Positions 40,777-51,020 of a stretch of DNA of 64,000 bases are shown here, piece by piece. Position 1 is the stretch's first letter, and each line of letters begins with the position of its first letter. The position numbers were made by a program, and so were the translations under genes. Source of the stretch: Gammaproteobacteria bacterium. Its GTDB lineage: Bacteria > Pseudomonadota > Gammaproteobacteria > SZUA-229. The notes beneath the pieces are model-generated. The model was not told where the DNA came from and ran no database searches. It saw only the letters and a list, made by a program, of their open reading frames with translations. The stretch lies in the NCBI GenBank assembly GCA_026195895.1, contig JAPHRO010000021.1, positions 3,848 to 67,847 of the forward strand, written 5' to 3'.

Positions 40777-42444
40777 ATGTCTGAAAATGCTGCACAGCAG
40801 GCTTTCAATGCCTTGCTGGAACAATATTATAAAGCCTGGTTTCGATTTCATCCGGAGCAGGCAGTACAAGTTGGTGTGAGTGGTTATGAAACCCTGTTAC
40901 GTGCCTATAGTGACGATGATATAGGCGCGCTGATCTCATTAAATGAAAAGGTTTTATCAACTCTGGATGAAATGGATTTTTCCTTGCTGAATGCCGAGCA
41001 GCAGATCGATTATTCCATCCTTTATAACTCGGTGGTCATTGAGCTGCATGAACTGCTGGAACGGGATTGGCGGTATCGCAATCCGCAGGATTTTGTGCCG
41101 GTGGAAGCGATCCATCAGCTATTGACCCGTCCCGTCGAGCAGCTACATAAAGCGCTCAAACATCGATTGCAGCAGGTGCCGGAATATTTGCGAGGTGCGC
41201 GTACCTGTTTATCCGCCAGGCCAGAGCTGATTCCCCCTGAGTGGCTACAAAATGCCCTTCGGCAGGCAATCACGGGTGCTAATTATTTTCGGGATTTACC
41301 GCGCCATCCAGTGGTTATGCAGAAATTCCAGAATCCGGCACGCATGCAGCCGGTATGTGATGAAGCCGCAGCGGCGATGGAGGAATTTGCACGATTTCTG
41401 GAGCATGATCTGGCGCCAAAAGCGACAGGTGACTTTGCCTGTGGTGAAACGTTTTTCCAGGGCTTGCTCAGTGAAGCGCATTTTCTGGATGTGTCTACAG
41501 ACCAGTTGCATCAGTTCGGTGAAAAACTGTTCGAGCAGACAGTTGAGCAATTGAAGTCCCTTGCGCAGGAGATGCATGGTAGTGATGATCTGGAAGGGGC
41601 GCTGGCAGCGATCCGATGTGACCACCCCAAAGGCGGCCCCGAGGCGCTATTAAGCGCCTATCGCACCCGAATGAAAGCGGCTTATGATTTTGTAAAAGAG
41701 CATCAACTGGTGAGTGTACCGGAGAATCAGGCGCTTAAGGTACTGGATACCCCCGAGTTTTTGCGTCACGAAATTCCTTTCGCGGCTTATGAAGAGCCCA
41801 CCTACAGGGATGAGGCGCAACGTGGTTATTATTATGTGACGCCAGTGATGTCTGAAGACCATCTGCTGGAACATAACTGGACATCCATTGATCTGACCTG
41901 TGTCCATGAAGCCTTTCCCGGGCATCATTTGCAGTTTGTAACGGCAAATTTGAATCCTGCCAACAGCCTGCCAAGATTGCTCAATGCCTCGGCAACGTTG
42001 TATGAAGGCTGGGCTTTATATTGTGAAGATTTAATGCAGGAGCAGGGCTTCCTGGATAAACCTGAGCACCAGTTTATTATGCTGCGCGACCGCCTGTGGC
42101 GTGCCCTGCGGGTGATGCTGGATGTGGAATTGCAGACCCGTGGCCTGACTATCGATGAGGCGGCCCAGCGCATGTGTACTGAACTGGGCTTTAGTATTGA
42201 TCAGGCCAGAGCGGATATCAGTTGGTATACCCAGGCACCGACTACGCCAATGGGTTATGCCACGGGCTGGGCGCTGATCAGGGCGCTTCGTGAGCAGCAG
42301 GCGCAGCACGATGATTTTAATTTGAAAGATTTTCACGATAAATTGCTTTCAGTGGGATCCTGTGCCCTGCCGCTGGTCATCAAGCGCGCCTTTGGCGAGC
42401 AGGCCTGGCAACAGGCAAGAGATAGCGTATTCGGCTCCGCCTAG
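40777..42444 (+). CDS. DUF885 family protein (putative metallopeptidase-like)
   Basis: 555 aa with HEAFPGHH, as in DUF885 proteins. Confidence 0.5.
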   Translation: MSENAAQQAFNALLEQYYKAWFRFHPEQAVQVGVSGYETLLRAYSDDDIGALISLNEKVLSTLDEMDFSLLNAEQQIDYSILYNSVVIELHELLERDWRYRNPQDFVPVEAIHQLLTRPVEQLHKALKHRLQQVPEYLRGARTCLSARPELIPPEWLQNALRQAITGANYFRDLPRHPVVMQKFQNPARMQPVCDEAAAAMEEFARFLEHDLAPKATGDFACGETFFQGLLSEAHFLDVSTDQLHQFGEKLFEQTVEQLKSLAQEMHGSDDLEGALAAIRCDHPKGGPEALLSAYRTRMKAAYDFVKEHQLVSVPENQALKVLDTPEFLRHEIPFAAYEEPTYRDEAQRGYYYVTPVMSEDHLLEHNWTSIDLTCVHEAFPGHHLQFVTANLNPANSLPRLLNASATLYEGWALYCEDLMQEQGFLDKPEHQFIMLRDRLWRALRVMLDVELQTRGLTIDEAAQRMCTELGFSIDQARADISWYTQAPTTPMGYATGWALIRALREQQAQHDDFNLKDFHDKLLSVGSCALPLVIKRAFGEQAWQQARDSVFGSA

Positions 42445-42445
42445 T

Positions 42446-43753
42446 ATGACGACATCCATCGACTATACCGATGCGGCAAACTGGCTGGCCTATGATGTAG
42501 ACCATATCTGGCATCCCTATACCAATGTCTGCAAACCATCCCCCGTGTTTCCCGTGGTGGCTGCTGAGGGCGTGATGATAGAACTGGCTGATGGCCGCAG
42601 GCTGGTCGATGGCATGGCATCATGGTGGGCGGCTATTCATGGTTACAATCAGCCGGTGCTAAATCAGGCAATCGAAACCCAGCTCAAGTCAATGTCGCAT
42701 ATTATGTTTGGCGGTCTGACCCATGAGCCTGCGGTTCGTCTGGCTGAAACATTAATCAATATCACTGCTGATTCCCTGCAGCATGTTTTTCTGGCGGATT
42801 CGGGTTCGGTGTCTGTAGAAGTTGCCATGAAGATGGCGTTGCAGTACCAACTGGCGCGAGGCAATAAAAATAAAACCAGATTGTTGTCGTTTCGCAATGC
42901 CTATCATGGCGATACGTTTGGCGCCATGTCAGTTTGTGATCCGGTTAATGGTATGCACAGTTTGTTTCAGGGCGTGCTGGCGCAACATTATTTTGCCGAT
43001 GCGCCGATATGTAATGAACAGGGACAGGCGGATAATTTTGAGGATTTTGAAAATTTAATCAGGCGACAGCATAACGAGATTGCTGCGGTGATACTGGAAC
43101 CGATGGTGCAGGGTGCCGGTGGTATGCGGATGTATTGTGCTGATTACCTGCATAAAGTACGGGCTTTGTGTGATGAGTTAAATGTATTACTCATCCTGGA
43201 TGAAATAGCCACAGGTTTTGGCCGCACTGGAAAATTATTTGCCTATGAACATGCGGGCATAAGGCCGGATATTCTATGCCTGGGTAAGGCGCTGACCGGT
43301 GGTTATATGACCCTGGCGGCTACCCTGACGTCCAGGCATATAGCTGAGACTATTGGTGGGGGTGAGCCGGGTAATTTGATGCATGGCCCGACGTTTATGG
43401 CAAACCCACTGGCCTGTAGTGTTGCCAGTGCCAGTATTAACTTGTTGCTTGCGTCACCCTGGCAGGCTCGAATTGATCGCATCGAAAAGCAGATGCGAGC
43501 CGAATTGCAGCGGTGTCAGGAATTATCCGCGGTTAAAAATGTCAGAGTAATGGGCGCAATAGGTGTTGTTGAATTGCAGTGCGAGATCGATATGCACTGG
43601 ATACAGCCGAGGTTTGTCGAGCTAGGTGTCTGGCTTAGGCCATTTAATAATCTGATTTACATTATGCCGCCTTATATTATTGAGACAGAACAGCTCAGTA
43701 AAATCACCTCAGCGATATTTACAGTCGTTACTGAATTAAGCGTTAGTAAATAA
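42446..43753 (+). CDS. bioA: adenosylmethionine-8-amino-7-oxononanoate aminotransferase
   Basis: Class III aminotransferase with the BioA-typical N-terminus (IWHPYT) and PLP lysine region. Start moved to the ATG immediately after the DUF885 stop. Confidence 0.85.
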   Translation: MTTSIDYTDAANWLAYDVDHIWHPYTNVCKPSPVFPVVAAEGVMIELADGRRLVDGMASWWAAIHGYNQPVLNQAIETQLKSMSHIMFGGLTHEPAVRLAETLINITADSLQHVFLADSGSVSVEVAMKMALQYQLARGNKNKTRLLSFRNAYHGDTFGAMSVCDPVNGMHSLFQGVLAQHYFADAPICNEQGQADNFEDFENLIRRQHNEIAAVILEPMVQGAGGMRMYCADYLHKVRALCDELNVLLILDEIATGFGRTGKLFAYEHAGIRPDILCLGKALTGGYMTLAATLTSRHIAETIGGGEPGNLMHGPTFMANPLACSVASASINLLLASPWQARIDRIEKQMRAELQRCQELSAVKNVRVMGAIGVVELQCEIDMHWIQPRFVELGVWLRPFNNLIYIMPPYIIETEQLSKITSAIFTVVTELSVSK

Positions 43754-43801
43754 AATATTTTCGTGGTTATGCGGTGAATTAATTTTTAAGAAGTCATCAA
43801 T

Positions 43802-44257
43802 ATGCTGGATAGTATTAAAACATTTTTTAACAATAACTTTATGATCAATGAGAAGGGGCATGATAATTCGCATGCCTTAAAGCTGGCAACTGCGGCATTG
43901 TTAATCGAAATGATGCAGCAGGATCATGAAGTTAAAGATGAAGAAAAACAGGCAGTAAAGATAGCCTTAAAGAAAAAATTTGAATTATCCGATGCAGAAA
44001 CGAACGAGCTGTATATGCTGGCAAAGCAGGAAGTTAAGGAAGCGACGGATTACCATCAGTTTACTACGCTGATAGCTCAGCATTATACCCAGCAACAAAA
44101 AATTAAAATTGTCGAATATCTGTGGTCTATTGCTTTTGCAGATAATCATATCGATAAATATGAAGAGCACATGGTGAGGCGTATCGCGGATTTAATTCAT
44201 GTGTCTCATAAAGACTTCATTAAATGCAAGCATCGGGTCGTAGAGTCTAACCGCTAA
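43802..44257 (+). CDS. TerB-family (tellurite resistance-like / DjlA N-domain-like) protein
   Basis: About 150 aa, acidic and helical. TerB-like repeats. Confidence 0.45.
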   Translation: MLDSIKTFFNNNFMINEKGHDNSHALKLATAALLIEMMQQDHEVKDEEKQAVKIALKKKFELSDAETNELYMLAKQEVKEATDYHQFTTLIAQHYTQQQKIKIVEYLWSIAFADNHIDKYEEHMVRRIADLIHVSHKDFIKCKHRVVESNR

Positions 44258-44317
44258 AATAATCAATGATCGCTTGTTATTCGACTGGTTATTGGCGGTG
44301 TTGTTTTAAACGAGCTT

Positions 44318-44360
44318 CAGACAAAGAATAAAGCCAGAATATGACTTTATTCTTTGTCTG
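44318..44360. terminator. bidirectional hairpin terminator between convergent genes
   Basis: 15-nt stem CAGACAAAGAATAAA / TTTATTCTTTGTCTG. T-rich tracts on both sides. Confidence 0.55.
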
Positions 44361-44364
44361 GGAT

Positions 44365-44775
44365 TTAGTTTTTTAATAGAGGGAATAATTTATCCTGCTC
44401 GAGTGTTATTCTCTCAGTTACCAGATGAAAAATTTCCTTCGTTTCATCAATAAACGCTTCATCATTGTTGAAATTACGTGGTGCCTTGCACCAGTGTTTT
44501 GCATAATCGCCTAATATTTTAGTTAACATGTTTGTATTGTTAATAAATTTTGTGGCAACTTCATAATCACCATTTTCTTTATGTGGTAATAGTTCTGAAT
44601 AAACGGATCTACCTTCATGTTTCAGATGGTCGTTAACCGAATCAGAAAACTGTTTTAACAGATCGCAGAATACAGGATTTGAACGTAATTCATTATGATT
44701 AATCAGGTGGGAGAGCACGGCAATTGTATCAGCGATTTTTTGATTTTCACTTTTGAGTTCTGTTTTTAACGTCAT
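44365..44775 (-). CDS. hemerythrin-like (HHE cation-binding) domain protein
   Basis: Spaced His/Glu residues (HLINHNE, DHLKHEG, AKHW, HLVTE) and a terminal LFP. Weak. Confidence 0.35.
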   Translation of the reverse strand: MTLKTELKSENQKIADTIAVLSHLINHNELRSNPVFCDLLKQFSDSVNDHLKHEGRSVYSELLPHKENGDYEVATKFINNTNMLTKILGDYAKHWCKAPRNFNNDEAFIDETKEIFHLVTERITLEQDKLFPLLKN

Positions 44776-45020
44776 TTTATTTCTCCATACTTATTCAATA
44801 ATTCGCGAGGGAAGTTGGTAATATCAGCATAGAGAAGGTGCTGCAGAGCTATATTGTTCTAGATCAAATCCAATTTTCATAAGAACATAACGAAAAACTA
44901 ATCTGTAAGGCAAATGTATTGCAAATCATAGGCTTATCATAAAAGCAGCATGTGGTAGTCTCTATTATAAACTTACTGCTATTATGAGTCTGCAAATACT
45001 ACTGTATCTAGAGGTGCTAG

Positions 45021-45875
45021 ATGGAAGTTGAATCCCTGTTTGATGAGCGAACCTTTACCTTAACCCATATTGCTTATGATCCGGTTAGCCTGGACGCTGT
45101 CATATTTGATCCGGTGCTGGATCTCGATACTGTTGCATGGAAAACATATACAGATAGCCTGCATGCTGTTGATCAGTTTATACAGGGCAATAATCTAAAA
45201 TTGCACTACGTGATTGATACCCATGTTCATGCGGATCATCTTTCTGGCATGCAGTATTTGAAAAAACATTATCAAGTTCCTTTAGTGATTAATGCTTCTA
45301 TTACCCAGGTTCAGGAAATATTTAAAGACACATTTAATTTGCCAGATGATTTCCATGTTGATGCTCGGCAGTTCGATATTTTAGTTAACGATGCGGACTG
45401 TTTAACCGCTGGCACATTGCATATAGATGTTATTCATACGCCGGGCCATACCCCGGCATGTACCAGTTATAAAATTGATGATGCAGTTTTTACCGGCGAC
45501 GCGCTGTTTATGCCAGACATTGGCACTGGTCGGTGTGATTTTCCAAAAGGAAGTGCCCGTGATTTATATTATTCAATTAAAGAAAAACTATATAAACTGC
45601 CTGACGATACACGTGTTTATCCGGGGCATGACTATCCTCAAAATAGAGCGTTAAGAACATGGACAACGATTCTGGAAAGTAAGCAGTCTAATGTCGACTT
45701 AAATAATTCACGAAGTGAGCAGGATTACGTTAGTTTTATGCAGCAGCGGGATGCCAGGCTTCCTCTGCCGAGATTGATTTACCAAAGTGTGCAGGTAAAT
45801 ATCAATGCAGGGCAACTGCCCGACGCAGAAGCCAATGGCCGACGATATTTAAAAATACCGATTGAAAGTCAATAG
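45021..45875 (+). CDS. MBL-fold metallo-hydrolase
   Basis: HxHxDH motif (DTHVHADHLSG) plus downstream His/Asp ligands. Confidence 0.75.
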   Translation: MEVESLFDERTFTLTHIAYDPVSLDAVIFDPVLDLDTVAWKTYTDSLHAVDQFIQGNNLKLHYVIDTHVHADHLSGMQYLKKHYQVPLVINASITQVQEIFKDTFNLPDDFHVDARQFDILVNDADCLTAGTLHIDVIHTPGHTPACTSYKIDDAVFTGDALFMPDIGTGRCDFPKGSARDLYYSIKEKLYKLPDDTRVYPGHDYPQNRALRTWTTILESKQSNVDLNNSRSEQDYVSFMQQRDARLPLPRLIYQSVQVNINAGQLPDAEANGRRYLKIPIESQ

Positions 45876-45904
45876 ATATAATCCTGGCATAGCACATGCA
45901 TTTT

Positions 45905-46600
45905 TTAAAAATTGCTGCCCCAGCTTTCTTTTTTACGCCAGCTAATTCTTGGGATGATCAGGCCAAGGAATAAACTGCCAAGAGAAACAGCGGCTCCAAT
46001 CATAAACCATTCCTTGATGCTGTTGTCATTGAGTCGCGCATTCTCCTGCATGAGCTGTTCGTTTTTATTGCTAATGTCTGTGATCTGATTTTCCAGTGAC
46101 TTATTTTTTTCAGCAACGGCAATAGGGTTAGACGCTGTTTTTTTCAGCGTGCTCAGCTCGCGTCGAAGCGCCTTATTTTGTTCGTCCAGAGTCGTATTCT
46201 GATTTTCATATTGTTTGAGCAGGTTTTTATTTTCGCTGAGTGAAGTTTTAAGATTAGATATTTTGCTTTGCATATCATCCAGTTTTTTATTTAGCACAAT
46301 CATTTGTTCACGGGCGCTCGGTTGATCCATGATATGTGCGACTTCAACCCAGCCCTCTTTGTCCTCAGGGGTTATAACTTTTACATAGGATCCATCTTCG
46401 CTGGTCTGCTGAATTTTCAGTTGCGTGCCACTGGGGAGGAATTTAAGGATTTTATGTCGATTGGTGGTGCCACTTCTCATCGGAATAGTGAGCGAATCGC
46501 TGACATAAGCGACTGTTTCTGCCTGGAGAGGGGCAATGAATAGAGCAAGCATTAAAAACGATAGAATGAATTTTGGAAATTCCAGGTATATTATTTTCAT
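45905..46600 (-). CDS. SH3 domain protein of the YgiM/TIGR04211 type (signal peptide, SH3b, coiled coil, C-terminal TM)
   Basis: Signal peptide, SH3b-like KVITPEDKEGWV, long coiled coil, and a C-terminal TM followed by basic residues. Confidence 0.6.
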   Translation of the reverse strand: MKIIYLEFPKFILSFLMLALFIAPLQAETVAYVSDSLTIPMRSGTTNRHKILKFLPSGTQLKIQQTSEDGSYVKVITPEDKEGWVEVAHIMDQPSAREQMIVLNKKLDDMQSKISNLKTSLSENKNLLKQYENQNTTLDEQNKALRRELSTLKKTASNPIAVAEKNKSLENQITDISNKNEQLMQENARLNDNSIKEWFMIGAAVSLGSLFLGLIIPRISWRKKESWGSNF

Positions 46601-46734
46601 TTTTTGTCCGAACTGGTCGTGTATGTAACAGGCAAAGCTAATTTACTTTCTAGTAGTAATCGCTGCCAGGTATTAGATCACATTTCAATTAAATCATCCC
46701 GAGATCAGGGCAGTATATCGCTATGGTTTCTAAT

Positions 46735-46748
46735 TTGATATTTATCAA
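46735..46748 (+). promoter_or_regulatory. FNR/ANR/DNR-type box TTGAT-N4-ATCAA
   Basis: Perfect TTGATATTTATCAA centred about 63 bp upstream of the NorE-like start codon. Confidence 0.55.
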
Positions 46749-46804
46749 GGTGATAAAGTGTATATTAGCGGATCCTGAATTTATTTTCATCCCTCCAGAG
46801 AATT

Positions 46805-47410
46805 ATGATGTCTGCTGAAATTCCTTTACAGGCGACCAGAATAGTCGTAACCAACAAAAAAGAATTACCAGGTGATTTCGCCATCTGGATGTTTATTTTT
46901 GCGGAATTACTGGTGTTTGGCGTGTTTTTTCTGACTTATGCCATTGTGCGCAGCAATAATATTGAACTATTTAACCAGTCACAGTTGCTGCTCGATAGAG
47001 GCCTGGGACTGATTAATACAGTCGTGCTGATTACCAGCAGTTATTTTGTGGTACGTGCGGTGCTGGCTATCCAGAAAAACGAATCGACTAGATGTGTTTT
47101 CTGGCTCAATTTGTCAATAGCCACCGGAATGGTTTTTATTTTTATAAAGATTTTCGAGTTTTACAGCAAGTTTAGTCAGGGTATAAATCTGAGCACCAAT
47201 GCTTTTTATACTTACTATATCTCAATGACCTTTTTTCATTTTATGCATGTAATTTTAGGTCTGGTGATATTAACCGCGGTAATGTTAAAAGCAAAGCGAG
47301 GCGGTTATTCGGCAATGGATCATACGGGTGTGGAGACGGGTGCATCCTATTGGCACATGGTTGATCTGGTATGGATTGTCCTGTTCCCGCTTGTTTATTT
47401 AATGAGGTGA
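46805..47410 (+). CDS. norE: cytochrome c oxidase subunit III family protein (NorE-like)
   Basis: About 5 TM helices with a CoxIII-like fold and 201 aa. Not linked to coxAB or cyoAB. An FNR-type box lies upstream. Confidence 0.45.
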   Translation: MMSAEIPLQATRIVVTNKKELPGDFAIWMFIFAELLVFGVFFLTYAIVRSNNIELFNQSQLLLDRGLGLINTVVLITSSYFVVRAVLAIQKNESTRCVFWLNLSIATGMVFIFIKIFEFYSKFSQGINLSTNAFYTYYISMTFFHFMHVILGLVILTAVMLKAKRGGYSAMDHTGVETGASYWHMVDLVWIVLFPLVYLMR

Positions 47411-47413
47411 GTT

Positions 47414-47674
47414 GTGATGGCTGAATCTAGAGCGCTGAAAGTCTGGTTTATCCTGATATTTTTAACCATCGTATCGTATGGTTTTGCGCACATGGGATAT
47501 ACGGGACAGGTTCTTGTGGCGATTGTGCTGGCCGGAGCCTGGATAAAAGGACAATTGATTATTGATTATTTTATGGGCCTAAAACATGTTCGTATGCTAT
47601 GGCGAGTAATAGTCTCTGCCTGGTTGCTAATTGTCCTGTTAGCAATTGGTGGCATGTATTTCACCTATGGTTAA
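47414..47674 (+). CDS. small two-TM membrane protein (CoxIV/CyoD/NorF-like)
   Basis: 86 aa with two TM segments, placed 3 bp after the NorE-like gene. Confidence 0.4.
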   Translation: MMAESRALKVWFILIFLTIVSYGFAHMGYTGQVLVAIVLAGAWIKGQLIIDYFMGLKHVRMLWRVIVSAWLLIVLLAIGGMYFTYG

Positions 47675-47683
47675 GCAGAATTT

Positions 47684-48160
47684 TTAATATTCCGTTTTAT
47701 TCTCGGTCTTTAGCCACATCTCAAAACTTTTTAAATGATCTGCGCAAACCTGGTGTTCGATACTCATAACACGTTGATTGTACGGTTTACAAATTTCGCT
47801 GGCGATGAGTGTGTCATCAAAGCCCGCTGTGGCTGCATCCTCACCTGTTGAAGCATACACAACGCGATCAATACGTGCCCAGTATATCGCTGCAATGCAC
47901 ATTGGGCAGGGTTCGCAGCTGGTGTAAATAGTGCAGCCATTTAAGTTAAAGTCATTTAATGTGTTGCATGCATTGCGAATAGCATTCACTTCCGCATGGG
48001 CTGTAGGGTCATTGTTGAGTGTTACCTGATTGTGGCCACGACCAATAATCTTATTATCTTTAACTATAGCTGCACCAAAGGGGCCGCCACCCACTTCGAC
48101 AGAATGAATTGCAAGCTTCACTGCTTCGCGTAAAAATTCTGTGTCGGCATTTTTGTTCAT
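47684..48160 (-). CDS. nucleoside (cytidine/guanine/tRNA-adenosine-type) deaminase
   Basis: CDA fold zinc motifs HAEVNAIRNA and CEPCPMC. Confidence 0.75.
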   Translation of the reverse strand: MNKNADTEFLREAVKLAIHSVEVGGGPFGAAIVKDNKIIGRGHNQVTLNNDPTAHAEVNAIRNACNTLNDFNLNGCTIYTSCEPCPMCIAAIYWARIDRVVYASTGEDAATAGFDDTLIASEICKPYNQRVMSIEHQVCADHLKSFEMWLKTENKTEY

Positions 48161-48218
48161 GGTACTGGCTGTGCTGCTATGATTGGGTAATCAGGAGTTT
48201 ACACATAAGAGTTGTGCT

Positions 48219-49757
48219 ATGGCAAAAGGTATTATTGCTGCGGGACATGAGCTGACTGTGCAGGCAGCAGAAATGGTTCTGGCCGATGGTGGCAATGCGT
48301 TTGATGCCGCTATTGCGGCTTTTTATGCGGCCTGTGTGGCCGAACCTGTTTTGGCATCGCCAGGTGGCGGCGGCTTTATGCTGGCAAAATGCGGGAATAC
48401 TCGGCCCGTTTTATATGATTTTTTTGTGCAAACCCCGACCTGTTTGGGAAAGCCTGAAATGGATTTTTTTCCAATTGTTGCGGATTTTGGGGAAACGCAG
48501 CAGGAGTTTCATATCGGTCATGCATCTGTTGCGGTACCGGGTGTAATGCGCGGTTTGTTTAATGTGCATAAGGATCTGGCTTCTATGCCAATGCAGGAAC
48601 TGGTAAGGCCAGCAATTGATTTTGCACGCCAGGGTATCAGAATAAATAGTTTTCAGGCTTTTATTTTTGATGTCGTCAAACCAATTTTTGTACATAGCGA
48701 AAGTGTAAAAAATAATTTTTCAGGTAAAAATAATAGAGATGTTTTATTGGTTGAAGGGGATGTGTTTCAGCCATCGAAAATGGCAAATACTCTGGAAGCA
48801 ATAGCGCATGAAACGGAACGGCTTTTTTACGAAGGAGAAATAGCGACCGATATTATAAAAGCGAGCATCGAAAGTGGTGGCCTGCTGAGTAAAAACGATT
48901 TGTTGTCCTATCAGTGTATAAAACGAAAAGCATTAGGGTTTTCCTACAGGAATAGTCAGCTATTTACTAATCCGCCGCCTTCATCCGGCGGTATTCTAAT
49001 AGCTTTTGCTTTGAAGTTGCTGGAAAGCTCAGGTGCAGAACCGGATGCGTTTGGTTCGGTAGCGTCACTGATAAAAATTGCCAGGGCAATGGACTTGACA
49101 CAGAAAGTTCGTGTAGATCAGGCATTTAAAAATGAAAACTTGCATGCTTTATTAGACAGGGAATTGCTAGATAAATATGCGGCCCAGATAAAAGATCACG
49201 CGCAGTCTTATCGAGGTACAACACATATTAGTATTATTGATAAGCAAGGGAATATGGCGGGTCTCAGTCTGTCCAATGGTGAAGGCTGTGGTTATATGTT
49301 ATCGGACACAGGCATTATGCTAAATAATATGCTGGGTGAGCAGGATCTAAATCCGCATGGTTTTTTTCAATGGGAAACCAGTCAGCGCATGACCTCGATG
49401 ATGGCGCCAAGTTTAATGTTGCTGGATGATGGTCGTCATGTGGTGACAGGTTCGGGTGGTTCTAACCGAATTCGCTCGGCTTTATTACAGGTGATAATAA
49501 ATTTAATTGATCATGGAATGCCGTTAGATGAAGCGGTTATGAGTCCACGGCTGCATATGGAAGATGGCTTGTTAAATATCGAAAGTCAGTTTGATGCTGG
49601 GGTGATTGAAGAAATAAAAGCGGAATTTTCGAATCATCAGATATGGTCAAAACCTAATTTATTTTTTGGTGGTGCGCATTCCGTAATGCAGGATGGCGAA
49701 AACTATTACGGCGCCGGTGATGGACGCCGCGGCGGCATCAGTAAACTGGTTGTTTGA
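48219..49757 (+). CDS. ggt: gamma-glutamyltransferase family protein without a signal peptide
   Basis: Ntn-hydrolase GGT family with nucleophile region GTTHISIID. The N-terminus is GGT-like (GGNAFDAAIA) but lacks a secretion signal. Confidence 0.75.
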   Translation: MAKGIIAAGHELTVQAAEMVLADGGNAFDAAIAAFYAACVAEPVLASPGGGGFMLAKCGNTRPVLYDFFVQTPTCLGKPEMDFFPIVADFGETQQEFHIGHASVAVPGVMRGLFNVHKDLASMPMQELVRPAIDFARQGIRINSFQAFIFDVVKPIFVHSESVKNNFSGKNNRDVLLVEGDVFQPSKMANTLEAIAHETERLFYEGEIATDIIKASIESGGLLSKNDLLSYQCIKRKALGFSYRNSQLFTNPPPSSGGILIAFALKLLESSGAEPDAFGSVASLIKIARAMDLTQKVRVDQAFKNENLHALLDRELLDKYAAQIKDHAQSYRGTTHISIIDKQGNMAGLSLSNGEGCGYMLSDTGIMLNNMLGEQDLNPHGFFQWETSQRMTSMMAPSLMLLDDGRHVVTGSGGSNRIRSALLQVIINLIDHGMPLDEAVMSPRLHMEDGLLNIESQFDAGVIEEIKAEFSNHQIWSKPNLFFGGAHSVMQDGENYYGAGDGRRGGISKLVV

Positions 49758-50069
49758 ATTTTATATTATTGAGAAATTTTTGACGAAATTTACTATATCC
49801 AGTACCTTTCTCATAAATTCGCTGGCGTTTTTTTGTGTTTTTTGAATGTGCAAAATACTGATCAGGTAATAACAGCAAGTCAGGTGCCGTACGATCTATT
49901 TATTCAGTTTTCCCATGTCCACTATTACAGAGCAGGAAGAGGCAATGTCAATATAGCATTTATGAAACTCAGGAGGAGTAGAGAAGTCAAACTTGCCGAT
50001 AATAGATATGGTTAAGCTTTAATTTTTTTCGTTGATTTTGTGGGTAACGGTCATAGTATAATAATCTAC

Positions 50070-50945
50070 TTAATGTTTGGTGTTGGGTACCTCTGGTTGG
50101 TTTGAGGCGGCAAATAATGCCTCGACGTCAATCTTGTCCAGCACATAATGCGCATTGCAGAATTCGCAGTCTACCTCTATTTTTCCTTTTTCTTCGATAA
50201 TGCTATTTACTTCCTTTGATCCCAGGGATATGAGCATAGAATCAATCCGTTCTCTGGAGCAGTTGCATCTGAAGCTCATTGGTTCTGATTCGAACAGACG
50301 GACATCATCCTCATGGAACAACCGGTGCAATAGTTCTCGAACGGGTAGCTGCTGAATTTCATCATCGCTTAAGGTCGCGGCAAGATGCGTGGTGCGATTC
50401 CAGGAATCTGGATCGTCACCAGGCGTTTCATTGGGCAGTTGCTGCAACAGGAAACCGGCGCAGCTATTATCGTCGGCGGATAGCCAGAGGTTGGTGTTAA
50501 GCTGTTCCGATTGCTGAAAATACGTTTCAATGGCGTCTTTCAGGTGTTCGCCCTGTAAAGCAATAATGCCCTGATAAGGCTCGCCTTTATCGGGCTCGAT
50601 AGTCATCACCATCTGGCCATTTCCAAATATCGATTTCAGGCCATGGTCGGGTACATCGTCATGCCAGCGTGCAATGCCACGCAGCGTGCCATCAGATGTG
50701 CATTGTGCGACCAGTAAATGTAACGGGCCGTCGCCCCGTATCTGTAGAATCAGCGAGCCCTGATATTTTATGGTTGCCGATAATAATGCGCAGGCAGCCA
50801 TAGCTTCACCTAGCACCCGGCGTATACTTTCAGGATAATCAGCGCGTTCGAGAATTGCCTGCCAGGTTGCTTTTAGGCGTACAATTTCGCCACGTACATC
50901 GGTGTTTTCAATAATAAATCGGTGTAGCTGATCGTTGTCTGACAT
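50070..50945 (-). CDS. hslO: redox-regulated chaperone Hsp33
   Basis: C-terminal zinc centre CxC...CxxC (FRCNCS...CEFCNAHY). 291 aa. Confidence 0.85.
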   Translation of the reverse strand: MSDNDQLHRFIIENTDVRGEIVRLKATWQAILERADYPESIRRVLGEAMAACALLSATIKYQGSLILQIRGDGPLHLLVAQCTSDGTLRGIARWHDDVPDHGLKSIFGNGQMVMTIEPDKGEPYQGIIALQGEHLKDAIETYFQQSEQLNTNLWLSADDNSCAGFLLQQLPNETPGDDPDSWNRTTHLAATLSDDEIQQLPVRELLHRLFHEDDVRLFESEPMSFRCNCSRERIDSMLISLGSKEVNSIIEEKGKIEVDCEFCNAHYVLDKIDVEALFAASNQPEVPNTKH

Positions 50946-51020
50946 TGGGTTTTATCTACAGAGTGATGCGAAGGAAGCAAAAAGTGTTATAGGTTTTTTT
51001 GCTTCCTCCGTGTCGAATGT

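Noticed and set aside
49833-50015. 60-aa ORF in the ggt-hslO intergenic region
   Set aside because: There is no RBS and no conservation signal. The spacer is AT-rich. It is more likely non-coding 3-prime UTR or promoter DNA.
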